A stretch of DNA of 64,000 bases from Hydrolagus colliei (lineage: Eukaryota), in assembly GCA_035084275.1 (NCBI GenBank), contig CM068769.1, forward strand, positions 620,001-684,000, in the 5' to 3' direction. The notes beneath the pieces are model-generated. The model saw only the letters and a program-made list of their open reading frames with translations, was not told where the DNA came from and did not search any database. Of this stretch, positions 51,350 to 63,982 are shown one piece after another. A program made the translations under genes and the position numbers. Positions within the stretch are counted from its first letter, which is position 1. Each line of letters opens with the position of its first letter.

Positions 51350-51800
51350 CAAACACACAGTGCTCCGCCCACTCAGACACTTCCCCGCCCACACAGCGCC
51401 CCGCCCATCAGTCACTGCCAAGCATACACAGAGCCCCGCCCTCTCAGACACTGCCCCGCGCACAAAGCTCCCCGTCCACTCAGTCACTGCCCCACCTACA
51501 CAGAATCCAGCATACACAGCAACTTCACCGCTCATACAGAGTCCCGCCCACTCAGTCACAGCCCCGCCTACACAGAGCCCCGCTCACTGAGTCGCTACCC
51601 CGCCTACACAGAGTCCAGCCTACTAAGCAACTTCCCCTCCCACACAAAGCCCCGCCCATCTAAAACCTCGCCCACCCTCTCACTGCCAGATGCAGAGAAA
51701 GCCCCTCCCACCCAGAGCCACGCCCACAGTCTCTGCGCTAAAATCACGTAGCGCCGCCCACCCAGACAGGGCCACGCCCTCACATAGCCCCGCCCACACA
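51350..51800 (+). repeat. Degenerate minisatellite with a unit of about 33 bp (cagtcactgccccgcctacacagagccccgcccact-like)
   Basis: Recurrent cacagag.ccc.ccca.tcagtca units. Confidence 0.75.
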
Positions 51801-52139
51801 GACAAGGGCACCCCCTCACAGACCCCCGGCAACAGACTCGGTTCCTCACAGGGCTTGCCCAATAAATTGCTGCCACGCCCACAATACGTTGAGCGCCTTC
51901 TGTTGTTTCCTCAGACCTGACTAACACCAATTGCAGGTTTTTTGCGAAACCTCCGGTTTATTGACACGTCCTCTCCTCTCCGCTGCCCCGGGTTCTCTTC
52001 GTTTTCCTTGCCCTCTCTCCCCGCATCTCTGGCAGAGCAGCGTCTCCCTCGCAACACGCTACAGTTCCTACGATGCGTGGCTGACATGAAATGCAGGCTC
52101 ACATTCCTTAGCTCCTCAGATGTTGCCTGATTATGATTA

Positions 52140-53038
52140 TTATTAAACTGGTGGAAGTGTTGGTTTTGTGTATCTCAGCAGAGAATCGATTGCCAAACCC
52201 CAATACTTTGATTAGATTACCAATCCCAGCAGAGAATATCCGAACTATAAACCCCGGTTGGCTGTTTGGGTAATGTATGTACCAGTAAAGATAATAACTG
52301 TTTCCAGTGTTGGAATAGGGAATCTCTAAAGTTGCGGAGTCTCCTTCTTTCTAAACCATCGCAGCCGCTTTGTGACCGACAGTGTCGCCAGCCGAGAGTT
52401 CTGTAATAGAAAACGTAGAGTAGGGCAATATATTATCCACTACTTGACTGAATTATTTTTCCATAGTTTGGAAAACTGACCCCACTTGAACGGTCCTATG
52501 AATAAATCATTGATTAAAAATGAAATAATTATTAATGTTGAATTATATGTAGCGTATTTTTACGAATTTGTATCGTCTGAATTTGCAGCACAGAATATGC
52601 TGTCTAGTGAATTCCAATGTATTATTGAGTAGGAAACACGGCAGCCAATTTTTTACAGCAATCAACCGTGGATTGAGTTTTCAATTATTTTTCAAATTTG
52701 TTGAAGGGTTGATTGCTCTAGGAAATCACAGCTGCCAATGGACTCAAAGTATTCGAGTGGACAATTTATTATTAATAATCTTTTTATACAGCGAATAAAG
52801 GAACCGTATTCCTACTTACCGCTGGTAATCTTGCCTACAGTAACCCCGCCCGCCCCCCTACCCAAGAATCAAAATCAGTTTCTCTCGCTTGTGAGACGAG
52901 GACATTTATCACTCGACTACATTTGTCCATTAATTGTTCAAGTTTAGTTGGCAATCCGGTAGGAACAGTATCTCAGCCAAACAAGACATCATCTGAAATA
53001 AAGTTTGCCAGCATTAGACAGACAGCAAACATCCCCAT
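52140..53038 (-). pseudogene. TCR V pseudogene (not in the ORF track); family D
   Basis: Leader 52993-53038 (MGMFAVCLMLANFIS) with an AT instead of GT donor. Exon from 52400: ELSAGDTVGHKAAAMV*KEGDSATLEIPY...YYLYWYIHYPNSQPGF...GFGNRFSAE; stop codon, no Cys23, broken at about 52140. Confidence 0.85.
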
Positions 53039-54303
53039 TGTTGGTCTCCAGCCTCTGTGGTTATGTCTGAGGCCTCAGCTGGATGATACCGCACTATGCC
53101 TTGTCGACATTGGTAGAGCCCATCCACTCACGTCATCTCATTGACGTCTCACACACTTTACACACGAACAATGACCTAATGCTTTCACACAGCGCCAGCG
53201 CCTGGAGAGGCGAATCCTTCCACTCTGATCCAAATTACAATGCAAACCAAAGCCTCAACGTGAAGGCTGGCCATGTTAGTAATATCATCACAATCCTTCT
53301 AGTTCTTATAGCGCCTTTTTTTTTGTGGTCCAGACATCACAAAATGCAGTGGAGTCAATTAACTCTATGTTGTGAGCGAATTGCCAGACAATTGATGCCC
53401 AGCAGGGTCTGGTGAACAATCATGGATCCAGCGTTGTCAAACAAATGGCCACATTTTCGCCATTGTTTTTCGTGAAGGAATTACTTCATGTGGAAATGGG
53501 TGTGCACCTAACGCTAGATAAACAAACTTATGTAGGGGAAGCAAACTTGCCCCACAATTTCCCCTTCTGGAAATCGAACCCAGGATACTCAATTGCGGGT
53601 GAAGTGCTTTTTTAAGCTACCATTGTGTAAGAGTTTTTGCTTTGCTTGTTTCCCTCATGGGATCATCGAGCTGATTGTTTGACTGTTAGATCATAAGTCA
53701 ACGTGATGTTCACATCGTGACTTTGTCTCCTATCCAAAAGGAAAGCGCTGCTGCCAACTCTGTAGAGATACAAATACCAATCCATTGGACACTATTCGTT
53801 TGCGTAGTAGTTTCTCACTGTTACCCAGGCTGTTGTGGTTGTACAGTATTGTACAGCGTTAAAGGAACACTAGCATATTGTCGACAACAGAATCGAATAC
53901 ACTTTTTTTGTACCGAAGTGAGATCCATCAAATGGCAGCTGCTGTTTTGGAGACAAAATGAGTAATAAAAAGGGAGAGATAAATTATTTTTTGAAAGCAA
54001 TAGATTAGTCCTGCTTGAGCAATAGAGGTCAAGTTGTGATTGGATCAGATTATGAGCAAGAATGGTGATTGCCAGAGCATTGAACTGTTTCTTCAAGTCG
54101 TGGATCTACCTGTCCATGTCAGAAACAAGTGTGAATATTTTTGAATATTGTGCCAGTGAACTGATATGCCAAGCGACCACCAAAGTATGTTCCTTGCTGT
54201 TAATACAGAGGCGTGTGTATTAACGAACGGATGTTTTGTGCTGCCATGACTGAACCCAGATGCTCTCACTTGTAAGGCACTGAAATTCAGGCCTCAGTCT
54301 GTG

Positions 54304-54342
54304 AGTTTGTGTATGGCAGAAACGCTGATCTGTGCCTTTGTG
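54304..54342 (-). other. V RSS (CACAAAG-23-ACACAAACT)
   Basis: Heptamer 54336-54342, nonamer 54304-54312. Confidence 0.85.
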
Positions 54343-55035
54343 GGGCTCAGTGCACAGTAATACACAGCAGAGTCTGAAAGTCTCACTTGGGATATAGTTA
54401 GTGGCACGGTGCTCTCCGCTTTATCCACCTTCGTTGACAAACGTTCTTCTGGGAATTCTGGATGACGATGGTCTTTGCTGCTGGAGTGTATCTGAACGAT
54501 ATATCCTGGAATTTGTTTGGGATTGAGACGATACCATATCAGGTAAGGATTGCTGTCGCTTGTCGTGAAATTGCACTGCAGATGCACATCTTCGCCTTCG
54601 TCCATTGCCACAGTTAATTGGGGCTGTGTTACACTATCTCCTCCACACTGCCCTGGAAACCAGACACACTTGAACGTTCAGCAAAATAAGAACAATAATA
54701 AAATTTGAACATGTGGATTTGGCATCTCACTTCTTCTAGACCACTGAAACTCGCGGTTCAGTAAAAACAACAATGAGTGTGGGGTAACTAAACTTGCCTC
54801 ACGTATCACCTTGTTTGACCCGTGAACCGAACTCACATAATCACGCTTGTGAGGCGAATACTCTAAATTTTTACGTACAGGACTCGACAAATCCATGAGT
54901 AATGACACGTATTGGTTACTTTGTACTAGAAAAGATTGGGTGGATAATATATCTTGTCAGCAACATTATATAATTCGTGTGTGTCTTACCTGACAAGGTA
55001 ATGAAGACTGATACCATGTATATATAAATTGCCAT
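54343..55035 (-). CDS. TCR alpha/delta V segment, apparently functional; family B
   Basis: Leader 54990-55035 (MAIYIYMVSVFITLS). V exon 54343-54652 with LQC, LIWYRL and DSAVYYCALS. Confidence 0.92.
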
Positions 55036-56244
55036 ATGTATTTAATGCCCGGAGTGATAAGAGAGTGATGATGCTGTAGTTGGAAATGTTGGTCGGGAAG
55101 CAGTGAGATGCTGTGAGGAGGGCTAAACAGTAAATGACTTACACACGTTGCCATACACTGTGAGGGAGCAGGTCTGCGGTTTATGTGTAACAAGATTTTC
55201 TATGTCATTGAGCGCCATTTGCTCTGCTCTGCCATCTCTGCCATCCTCCATTGGTTCTTCTCCAACCCTGACATGGCTTTCATCAACCAGGTGTCTGACA
55301 CATGCACCAACTTACACCAATAATCTTGTTACAATTCGTCCAAACACATATATGATATTAACGCAACTGTACTACCTGCGGATTCCTATAGCTTAGTGAT
55401 ATCAACACTCACCCCACAAGCAACGTGTCTGTGTTAGATTCTTGCAGGGCGAATTCTTAGATAAGTATCCTAACTCTACCCACACAATTCTGTTTGCACA
55501 GCAATCAGTAGCAGTTCGATTATTTCTCGATTGATCTGATTGTGTTTCAATGTTAATAATCATTCATAAAATAAGCTATTGAATACAACACTGTTTGTGT
55601 GACATTCCTGTGCACAATTGGTAGCCTGGTTTCGCCTGCAAATCGCCGAGTCACAATATTTTACAATGTAGTATGAAGCGATTCATGATGTCTCAAGTTG
55701 GACATGATATTCAGTGGAATACACAGGGTTAGATAGTGAAGTAATCTGTGATGGTTTCACATTCCCTGGGGCAGCTGGCAATTTGGTAAAGAGGTGAAAC
55801 AATCCTTTGGGCGGGAGTTGGGTGGTGGTGGGGTGTTCAAAGCCAACGGGGAGGAGCCATGTGGCGTCAACAGTTTCTCAGATGTCTCTGCCCCAGTTAG
55901 TTGAACTTTGCCTTCCTGCCCCGTTTCCGCTCCAAGCTTCTGGTGTTGGGCAATAAACACATTTTTCTAGCATAACTTGTGCGTGTAAGATAGTTTCTGT
56001 GCATTTTAATTCGCTGAATTCAGCTTCAAATATTAACATCACCATTTGCAAAGCGTGGCTCTGATGCATTGGGAAAGCCATCCAGATATTTGTGAGTATT
56101 CAGATCAAACTGTGTTCTGTGTTTATGACTGTCTTTGCTCAAGCAGCTTAAGAGCCTCTAAGTGTTTGATTTGATATAATAGAAGGCCATCCACCAATCG
56201 ATTATCAACCAGAATTAAACTTGCTTATCGGCAGAGAAACCACA

Positions 56245-56680
56245 ATAATGCTAATCCTTGCTTTTTATATATTTATTTTGACATCATATTAACGTCCCAA
56301 AGCGCTTCTTAGTGTATACCGTGAAGTGAAATGAACACAGAATTTACTGGGAAGCGCAGTAGGTTAGGATCATCACTGGAGAAAGGAAAATGAGTCTACC
56401 TTTGGGGTCGACGACCCTTCGGCTGAATTTCGCAGTTCTTTCTGTTTGTATACAGTAAAGTGAATTGACTGCATATTCGTGGGCGAAACCCGGCAGCTGA
56501 TTGAACACAGAAGTGTCCCTCGAAGCGTCGTGGGTTGAAAATGACCAATATATTCTGGTTTATTTGTCGGCCGGATTATGATTGGGCAATTAGGACAAGG
56601 AAGTTTACCCCAGCTTTCTCCCTGGTCAACCTAGTCTCACGCTTGTAAGGTGAGTGTTCTAACGCATAGCTCAACGAGTA
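56245..56680 (-). mobile_element. Deu-domain tRNA SINE with an internal insertion
   Basis: Head near 56640-56675, Deu core near 56480-56540, tail near 56250. Confidence 0.7.
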
Positions 56681-57080
56681 GTTGGAACTAATCACTCTTC
56701 CAGATGCTACTAAATCTCTGCTGGTTGTACAGTGATGTGGAATTACTGTGTATGTTTCCTGCTGAATGTAGCAGCCACAGTTACACAGCAGTGTCCCACA
56801 AACAGTCATCGACTGAAGAGGAACACTTTTTAAAATCAATAATTATTCACATGAAAGCGATCCGCCATTCGACGAAAAACTGTATTCCTACTTAATGCTA
56901 TGTAAATATATGTATGTGTTTGTACGTGTGTGTGTGTGTGTATGTGTGTTTGTGTTTGTGTGTGTGTGTGGGGGGGTGGTAATGTAGCACGTCTATTATG
57001 TCGCCATGTGGCGAATGGAACTCAGGTCGGCTTGTTTACGAGGCGAGTGATCTGAATGTTGAGCTACAGTAACCTCAGCA

Positions 57081-57119
57081 TGTTTTTGTACAGGATCCTC
57101 TTAGACACGCAGCACTGTG
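57081..57119 (-). other. V RSS (CACAGTG-23-ACAAAAACA)
   Basis: Heptamer 57113-57119, nonamer 57081-57089. Confidence 0.95.
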
Positions 57120-57576
57120 CTCTCTGCTGCACAGAAGTACGTGGCGGTATCTGTCACTCGCGCGTCTCTCATTGTCAGTGTGCTGTTCTTCTCTTTTGTA
57201 TCAGCCAAAGCACTTATCCTCTCCTCCACCTTGAACTCTCTGCTTCCCTTCACCAGCAAATGGATGGAGCCGTTTTCATACTGTTTGTACCATTGGAAGG
57301 CTGGGTTTACCAGAGTCGTGTTGCAATCGATGGATACATTTTCGTTTTCATTTCCTGTCAGTACCTGAGGACTCTGTGACACTTCTCTTTCAGCCAAGAC
57401 ACCTGGGGAATTGACATGGACATTCTTGGAAACAAATTCGGAAAATATCTGGAACAAAACTTGTCATTATTTTGGAGTAAAACAAGGATGTGTTTATCCA
57501 AACTTGCACTCAACTTACAGAAGAGCGAAATCATGAAATTAAAAGTAATATGTGTTGCTTGGTAACTTGGCTTCAT
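57120..57576 (-). CDS. TCR alpha/delta V segment, apparently functional; family C
   Basis: Leader 57519-57576 (MKPSYQATHITFNFMISLF). V exon 57120-57402 with IDC, FQWYKQ and DTATYFCAAES. Confidence 0.92.
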
Positions 57577-58633
57577 TCTCAATCCTTGTCGTTTCATGTC
57601 AGAATCTCCGGGTGAAAAGCAAGGAGACACCAGCTAACTGCTGATAAACGTTCATGAATGTTTGTCGAGTGCCGCTAACTGTGTAGTATATAACTATACT
57701 CTCGGTGACGCCACGACTGACATCTCATTTCCTGTATGTTTGCGTGTTTGACATTCATTCCCCAATCGACTACAAGCAGCGTTCGTTCAGTCCAGAAGAT
57801 AGGAAGTGACTGCACTTTTCAATATATTCTTGCTGTCGCTTTGAATTAGTTGACTTACGTAATCTGTGGCTGCATCTCATGCAGCAACAGATTCAGCCAC
57901 AAATATATACAGTCAATACACTTTATAGTGTAATCTATGAAGCGCTATGGGACGCTGATAATATGTGGAAAGCGCTATATCATATGCAAGGATTATTATA
58001 TTATATATTAAAGAAGCAAACATAGCTATAACTGTTCGTAATATTATTTTAGGATCTAATTGGAATGTATTATCGGAAGAACTGTCCATAGATGCATTTA
58101 TTTAGCGATAAAAGTTACTTCCATGCATTATTATGTCAAGTCATTGAAGCGTCTCATAGGTCTGCATAGATTTTACTCTCGAGGGCAGAGACAGAATATT
58201 TGGCAAACTCAGCATTTAGTTTGTGTAACACAATGTCCCACGATCACATGTGAAGTGACGGTACAATTGTGCTGGAACAATGTCTGCCACGGCACCAGTA
58301 GAAACTCTGTTCATCCTGGAGCAAAGCCATCAAATCATTATTGCCTCTTGTTTCAAGCCACATGAAAATCCCTTTCATGTCTCCTTGGATTGACAGCTTC
58401 TCCGAGACTGCAGCCACCGCCAGGAAAAGCGACCCACTAACTGCCTAACAGACAGGTTACAATGTACTTCTGTAACATGCTGTAAACGTGTATTTGTATG
58501 CCGAGTATGGGACCATGCATAAGGATTTGGGATGCGGACTGCACAACATCCCCTCTGTTGTACTCGTGTAATCACATAAAATTACTGAAAGCGCCAAGTT
58601 CAATGTGTGAGAGGAACTCATGAGTATCTAGTG

Positions 58634-58672
58634 AGTTGTTGTACGAGCAATCTGCCCTTCTATAACAGTGTG
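58634..58672 (-). other. V RSS (CACACTG-23-ACAACAACT)
   Basis: Heptamer 58666-58672, nonamer 58634-58642. Confidence 0.85.
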
Positions 58673-59589
58673 GGCTCCACGGCACAGAGATACACGGCGG
58701 TGTCACTCACAACCATCCTGAGAATCTGCAAGTTAATTAGTTTCTTCCCCTTGTTCACCTCGGCAGTGAAACGGTCAGCAATTCCAACAGCTTTGTCTAC
58801 CTTTCCCGAGGCATATATCTTGAGGAAATACTGAAGAGCTCCATCGGGATATTGCCTGTAGCAGAAGATAGTGTCTATTCTTGAAACGTTCATTCTTATT
58901 GTCACGTTTTGTCCTTCAAGTTCTGTTATCTCAGGGGGGGTTTGGTATATGACACCACTCCCATTGGCCACTGGAAAAACAATACATGTCTAATTAAAAA
59001 TATGAGTTAAAATTCTCTTTACTATGTATATTATGAAGAGCTTTTACATGTCTAAAATGTCTATATGAATCGCAAGAGTTGCTGTTATTACTGTAACTTT
59101 GCTGGGGAACGGTAAACGATCACTAGTGTTTTGGTGCTGATAGATTTTCTGTCTGTGTTTGTAAATGTTGGAACTGCTTATACTTGCGAAGTTGTTCCAT
59201 TCAACTTTTGAACTTGATTTTCTGTAGCTCGTGAAATAAATCATTAAAAGCTACTTCCAAATTGAAAATACACATGTCTTGGGGTTGTGTGTTTGCATTA
59301 ACTCGTCTTGTCGCCGTCTCCAATCGCTTCAACGATGTGAAGCGAATTTAACGTATGTTCTGTTGGAGGAAACTTGGCATTCAACTGTGGGTAGCCGTAT
59401 CCCAAAGTCATTCGTGGATTGATCGATCAAACTAATATTATGTAAAAACTCTTTTTAGAAAGCGATTCATTAATTAAATAACAACAACGAAAACATTAAA
59501 CCCATGTGCGCAGCATGCATTGGTCATGTCCAAACATACTTACTGTTTAGAGTGAGAATTACTATCAGTAACTGGCAGTGGGCTGCCAT
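58673..59589 (-). pseudogene. TCR V open frame lacking Cys23, with Trp41 replaced by Cys
   Basis: Leader 59544-59589 (MAAHCQLLIVILTLN). Exon 58673-58970: ...NVTIRMNVSRIDTIFCYRQ...DTAVYLCAVE. Confidence 0.85.
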
Positions 59590-59799
59590 GCTGGCTGCTC
59601 AGGTGTGGACAGATAATAGAGTTTCTTCCTGTATAAATGGCTGCTTTGCTGCTTCAGTTTAATGTTGTGAGGCAGCGGTGGGTCTGACGCGTGAAGTGGG
59701 CTTCTATCTACATGTGTAGGCGTTGCCCACTAACTAGTGGATCTTGAACTTAATCCACCGCAACTTGGGACTTCCTCCCGACGTGCGACCTCTGCTACA

Positions 59800-60120
59800 C
59801 AGTGGTTAGAGCTCTCTGCTTACAAGCGTGAGACATGTGGCTGAATCTAGGCACATCAGGGCGAAACTTTGGGCCAGTCTCCTAACTCCACACACACACA
59901 CACCTAATAATATTCCGTTCAAAAATACACAATAATAAAAATGGGTCTTTTCAAGCCACGACTGTTTGTGAGGATGATGCTTGCTTTGTGTAATTGTCTA
60001 CTGTGGTTTGCGCACAAATACACAGTCACTTGCTTGGCAGTATATTGTGTGAAATGCTTTGAGACGTCGAGAAAATGTGAAAAGCGCTAAATCAAATGTA
60101 AATATTATTAATTTTAAATA
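59800..60120 (+). mobile_element. Deu-domain tRNA SINE
   Basis: Head, core and gtgaaaagcgcta tail. Confidence 0.75.
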
Positions 60121-61873
60121 TGTAATGTTTTTTTTCGCTGCTGTACCGGTGATTGGAAGCTGATGTATCTCGGAAAAGAATGGAGAGTGGACTTGCAGTT
60201 AGCATACAAACAAACTGATATAGATGAACGCAACTCACAAGGGAGCCGACTTGTGTTTGATTCCCAGGCAGGGCGATACTTTGGGCAAATGTTCTTAATC
60301 TACACACGCAACTGCGTGTCGCTGACAATGAGTCGGATCGCGTAAATTAGTATATTGGTGGATCGCGTTGATGTCGTCATCAACCCTTCAAAGTTAATTA
60401 ATAATAATAATAATAATAATAATGATTTTCTATTTCCTTCCCTGTCTGTTTTGGGGAACATGTTGCGTCCGCGGTGTTTCCCGCACAAAATATACAGTTA
60501 CTAATTGATGCAGCAGATCGTGTGTTGTACTATCAATTGTCTGGGTGATGTGATAATACACTATATCGAAATCACAAATTATAATTTTTGATAACTCAAA
60601 AAAAGTGTAATCTGTAAGCACTTTGAGATGTATGGAAGATTTGAAACTGTATTCCCCTTTGTTGCGAATACATCTAAGCAAATAAGCTGTGAACTATGAT
60701 TTCTAACATGAGAAAAATAGGCCAGTATTAAAAGTGTTCCCAAATGAAACCAGTAAAGAAAAACAGATTGCTGTTATCGAAATCCAACACCTTGATCAAA
60801 CCAGTAAGATCCACGGAAGGGCGGATGCTTGTTTGTGAGAAGTACAACAAAAAATATGGATACATTGTTCATTAGTCAACCGAAGCCTTGCGTTAATCAG
60901 GCTTTGGACAAACCTTTGTACATTTCAGCTGAGCCAGCTATAGTGTATAGCAGGGAAACAGTGTCAACTGTAACAGGAAGCACCTGCTGTGGCTGCAAAG
61001 CAAATTGTTACAGAAAGCAACGTATGAAGTTATGTCAGTTGCTGCTGATGTTATAGGTGTGTGAATATCGCCATCTGTTGGTTGGTTGCAGCTAGAACAC
61101 GTGTACTGCAGATACAAATGATTGCAAATTGATTTCGACCCACCATATCTTTCCTGTTCGTATCCTATCCTTTGGATACTTACACCTTATTCCCATTTCC
61201 CTGCTCGTTTCTCTTATTGCCTATGCCTCAATGGGACATTCGACTCCAACCTCATTCACACTCTCGTATTGGGACGTGTCTCTGCTGGTACGTGGCACAG
61301 ACTATTTAGATTTTTTCCTTGTACTTCTCTTGTATTTGGTAATGTTACATTTCGTAACGTTGACGTTAAGAATTTACATTGCTGAATCATAAACTTTATA
61401 TGGATATACATTTATATTACTTTTGTACAGCGACTCCCACATTGATGTCTCAAGGTGCTGTATTCCTTAGAGGAAAAGTGACAACTAATCAGGGTACTTG
61501 TTAAATATAACCCTCTCTTTTCACTGTCCCATAGAACAACATTTATGGTGGTTGAAGGTGTGGTTTGCTGAAGAGTTGATTTAGTTTGTTCTAACTGCAC
61601 ACCCAGAAATGGGTTCAGTTGTTTTTTAGGCCGGATAAGTCGAGTGTTCTAACTACTGAGCTACAGGAGCTAATTATAGTCGCATGAAAAGTGAGTTCAC
61701 ACTTACAGCAAGTTAATCAGAGATGTGTGGATTAAGGAAACTTGCCTAACTACAAACACTTGTAATTAGATAACGCCTTCTACGCATCTTAGAAAGATTC
61801 TCCCTCAATAGGAATCGAACCCAGTTCATACCGAGTTGAGTGCTACAACCAATATGGCACATAAAGCCACAAG

Positions 61874-61911
61874 GTTTTTTGTACGGGTGTCTCGGGGATG
61901 CCTTCGCTGTG
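61874..61911 (-). other. V RSS (CACAGCG-22-ACAAAAAAC)
   Basis: Heptamer 61905-61911, nonamer 61874-61882. Confidence 0.9.
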
Positions 61912-63050
61912 GGCCTCAGTGCACAAACATAGGCAGCGCTGTCGCTGAGCTGGAGGTTGTTGATCTTGAACTGGAAATGTTTTTTAGAGGAATCCATCAG
62001 GGCAGAGAAGCGTAGCTGACTGATATTCTGCCCGTAGGAATGCCTTTGGATGAGGAAAGCGGGCCCTTCACTGCGGCGCTGGCGGTAAAGCAGCACTGAG
62101 ATGCTGTCACTAGTCGTGGAGACATTACAGCTGATAGTCAGTGAGGCGCCTTCGAAACGCCAGTCTGCTTTCGGGCTCTGCCTCACCCAATCTCCATCAC
62201 TGATTCCTACAGGAAACAATTGTGTAATTCAGTGTTGAAACGATCAATACTAAGTTAGAAAACAAACGCTATTGTGGGCCACATTTCATAGAGTATATGT
62301 AGTTCCTGTAGCTCAGAGGTTGGAGCACTCGCCTTACAAACGTGAGACCTTTGTTCATATGCAGGCAGATCAGGAAAAGACTTTGGGCGAGTTTCCTTAC
62401 TCCACATGCGCGACTAATAATAATCCCTGCGAAAAAACAAAATATTGTGATGAAAACTGGTCATTTTCAACGCACGGCTGTTTGTGGGAACGCTGCTGTG
62501 TGCAATTGGCTGCCACGTTTCGCCAACAACTATACAGTCAATTCACTTTAATGTATAATCTGTGAAGCGAATCGAGACGCCGATAAGATGTGAAAAGCGC
62601 TATATCAAATCAACAGTTATAATTACTGTATACTATGACACACTTTGAGACGCTTTGAGAATGTCTTCACACACGGGGATATTTTGTTCTACAAGATGAA
62701 TGTCTGTAAGAATTTGTCAGTCATTTGCAAATTAAATTGCACCGTCCTTCAAATGGAAACCTCTAATAATATTCATCCTTAAAACTTATATAGCGCTTTG
62801 TACGTTTTCTAGACGTCATTAAGCACTTCAGAGAATATACTTAAAAGTGAATTAACTGCAGATTTGTGGGTGAAACGTGACAGCGAATTGTGCACAGCAA
62901 TGTTAAAGTAACCAGGGTGAAAGGAGACTCTGTTTAGAGAGGACCCGTTGTACTAGCATTGACTTGGATGGCTGTCGGTAATGATATCTAGATTAACTAA
63001 CCATGTAGTGAGAATGCGATGGCTGCGGAGAGCAAATATCCCAACTGCAT
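61912..63050 (-). CDS. TCR V segment, open frame, Trp41 replaced by Leu; family A
   Basis: Leader 63002-63050 (MQLGYLLSAAIAFSLH). Exon 61912-62206: LTISC...VLLYRQ...DSAAYVCALRP. Confidence 0.88.
62300..62620 (+). mobile_element. Deu-domain tRNA SINE (paralog of 498-800)
   Basis: Same insertion in the duplicated V intron. Confidence 0.8.
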
Positions 63051-63804
63051 TGCGTTCAGACACCACAATCAGCGTTTATGTCTCTGCTGCTCTTGCCACC
63101 GTGTGACACTGAGGCCATTAATAAAGCTGAGAACCCTTTGTGATGTTGTCTCTTATCTGTGCGTCACTATCTCGTACCTCGAGCTGCTGTGGGCGTGTAG
63201 GACTGCTCCAATCAGATTCAGGCTTAAACTTGTACATTTGATCCTGAGTATACACACCCACAAATTACACAGTCAATTCACTTTACAGTATAGTCATTGA
63301 GAAATATTAATGGTAAGGCGATTGATCAGATGGAAGGATCATTATAATAACGACTTATTTCCTCATTCAAACGCTATCGCCTTCAGTCTTCATTACAAAC
63401 TTGAAACTTTAGATGATCTTATATTTATTGTCATACCAATATATCCGACCCACCTTTATATCTCAACAAATACATGTACAAGTTGCATAAATACAAGCAA
63501 CATTGACTCAAACCTCAGTGTTTCTTTGAATTCAGTTAGTAATTCATTCTTAATACTAAACTTATTTTGAAGGAAATATATCTACTGTAGATGAATTCAT
63601 TCACGATTCACCAAAAAGGGGGATGCTACTGACTCCTTTCTAAATAGAGGTATACACATACTAAGAAAACTTGTCCAAAGTTTTGCGCAGCACGTAGTCG
63701 AACCCAGGTACTCTCGCTTCCGAAGCGACTTGCTCTCACTTCTGAGCTAGAGGACACGGCATGATAGTTTTTGTAGGGCGGTAACGCTGTTCTGTGTCTC
63801 CGTG

Positions 63805-63982
63805 GAGCTCAGTGCACAGTAATACAGCACGGAGTCTGTGACTCTCACTTGGGATATATTTAACGGGACGGTTCTCGCCGCTTTATCCACTGTTGTTGAG
63901 AAACGCTCTTTTGTAAAGATAGATACTTCATTCACCGTCACAGTCGCTGGGAGCTGTGTCGCCGAGTCTCCTCCACAATGCC
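63805..63982 (-). pseudogene. TCR V pseudogene with an in-frame internal deletion; family B
   Basis: GDSATQLPATVTVNE joins directly to VSIFTKERFS...DSVLYYCALS; Cys23 and Trp41 removed. RSS CACGGAG-23-ACAAAAACT at 63766-63804. The leader would lie outside the window. Confidence 0.88.

Noticed and set aside
51242-51930. ORFs of 108-169 aa
   Set aside because: Translations of the 33-bp minisatellite; not a CRISPR array (eukaryotic context, no unique spacers).
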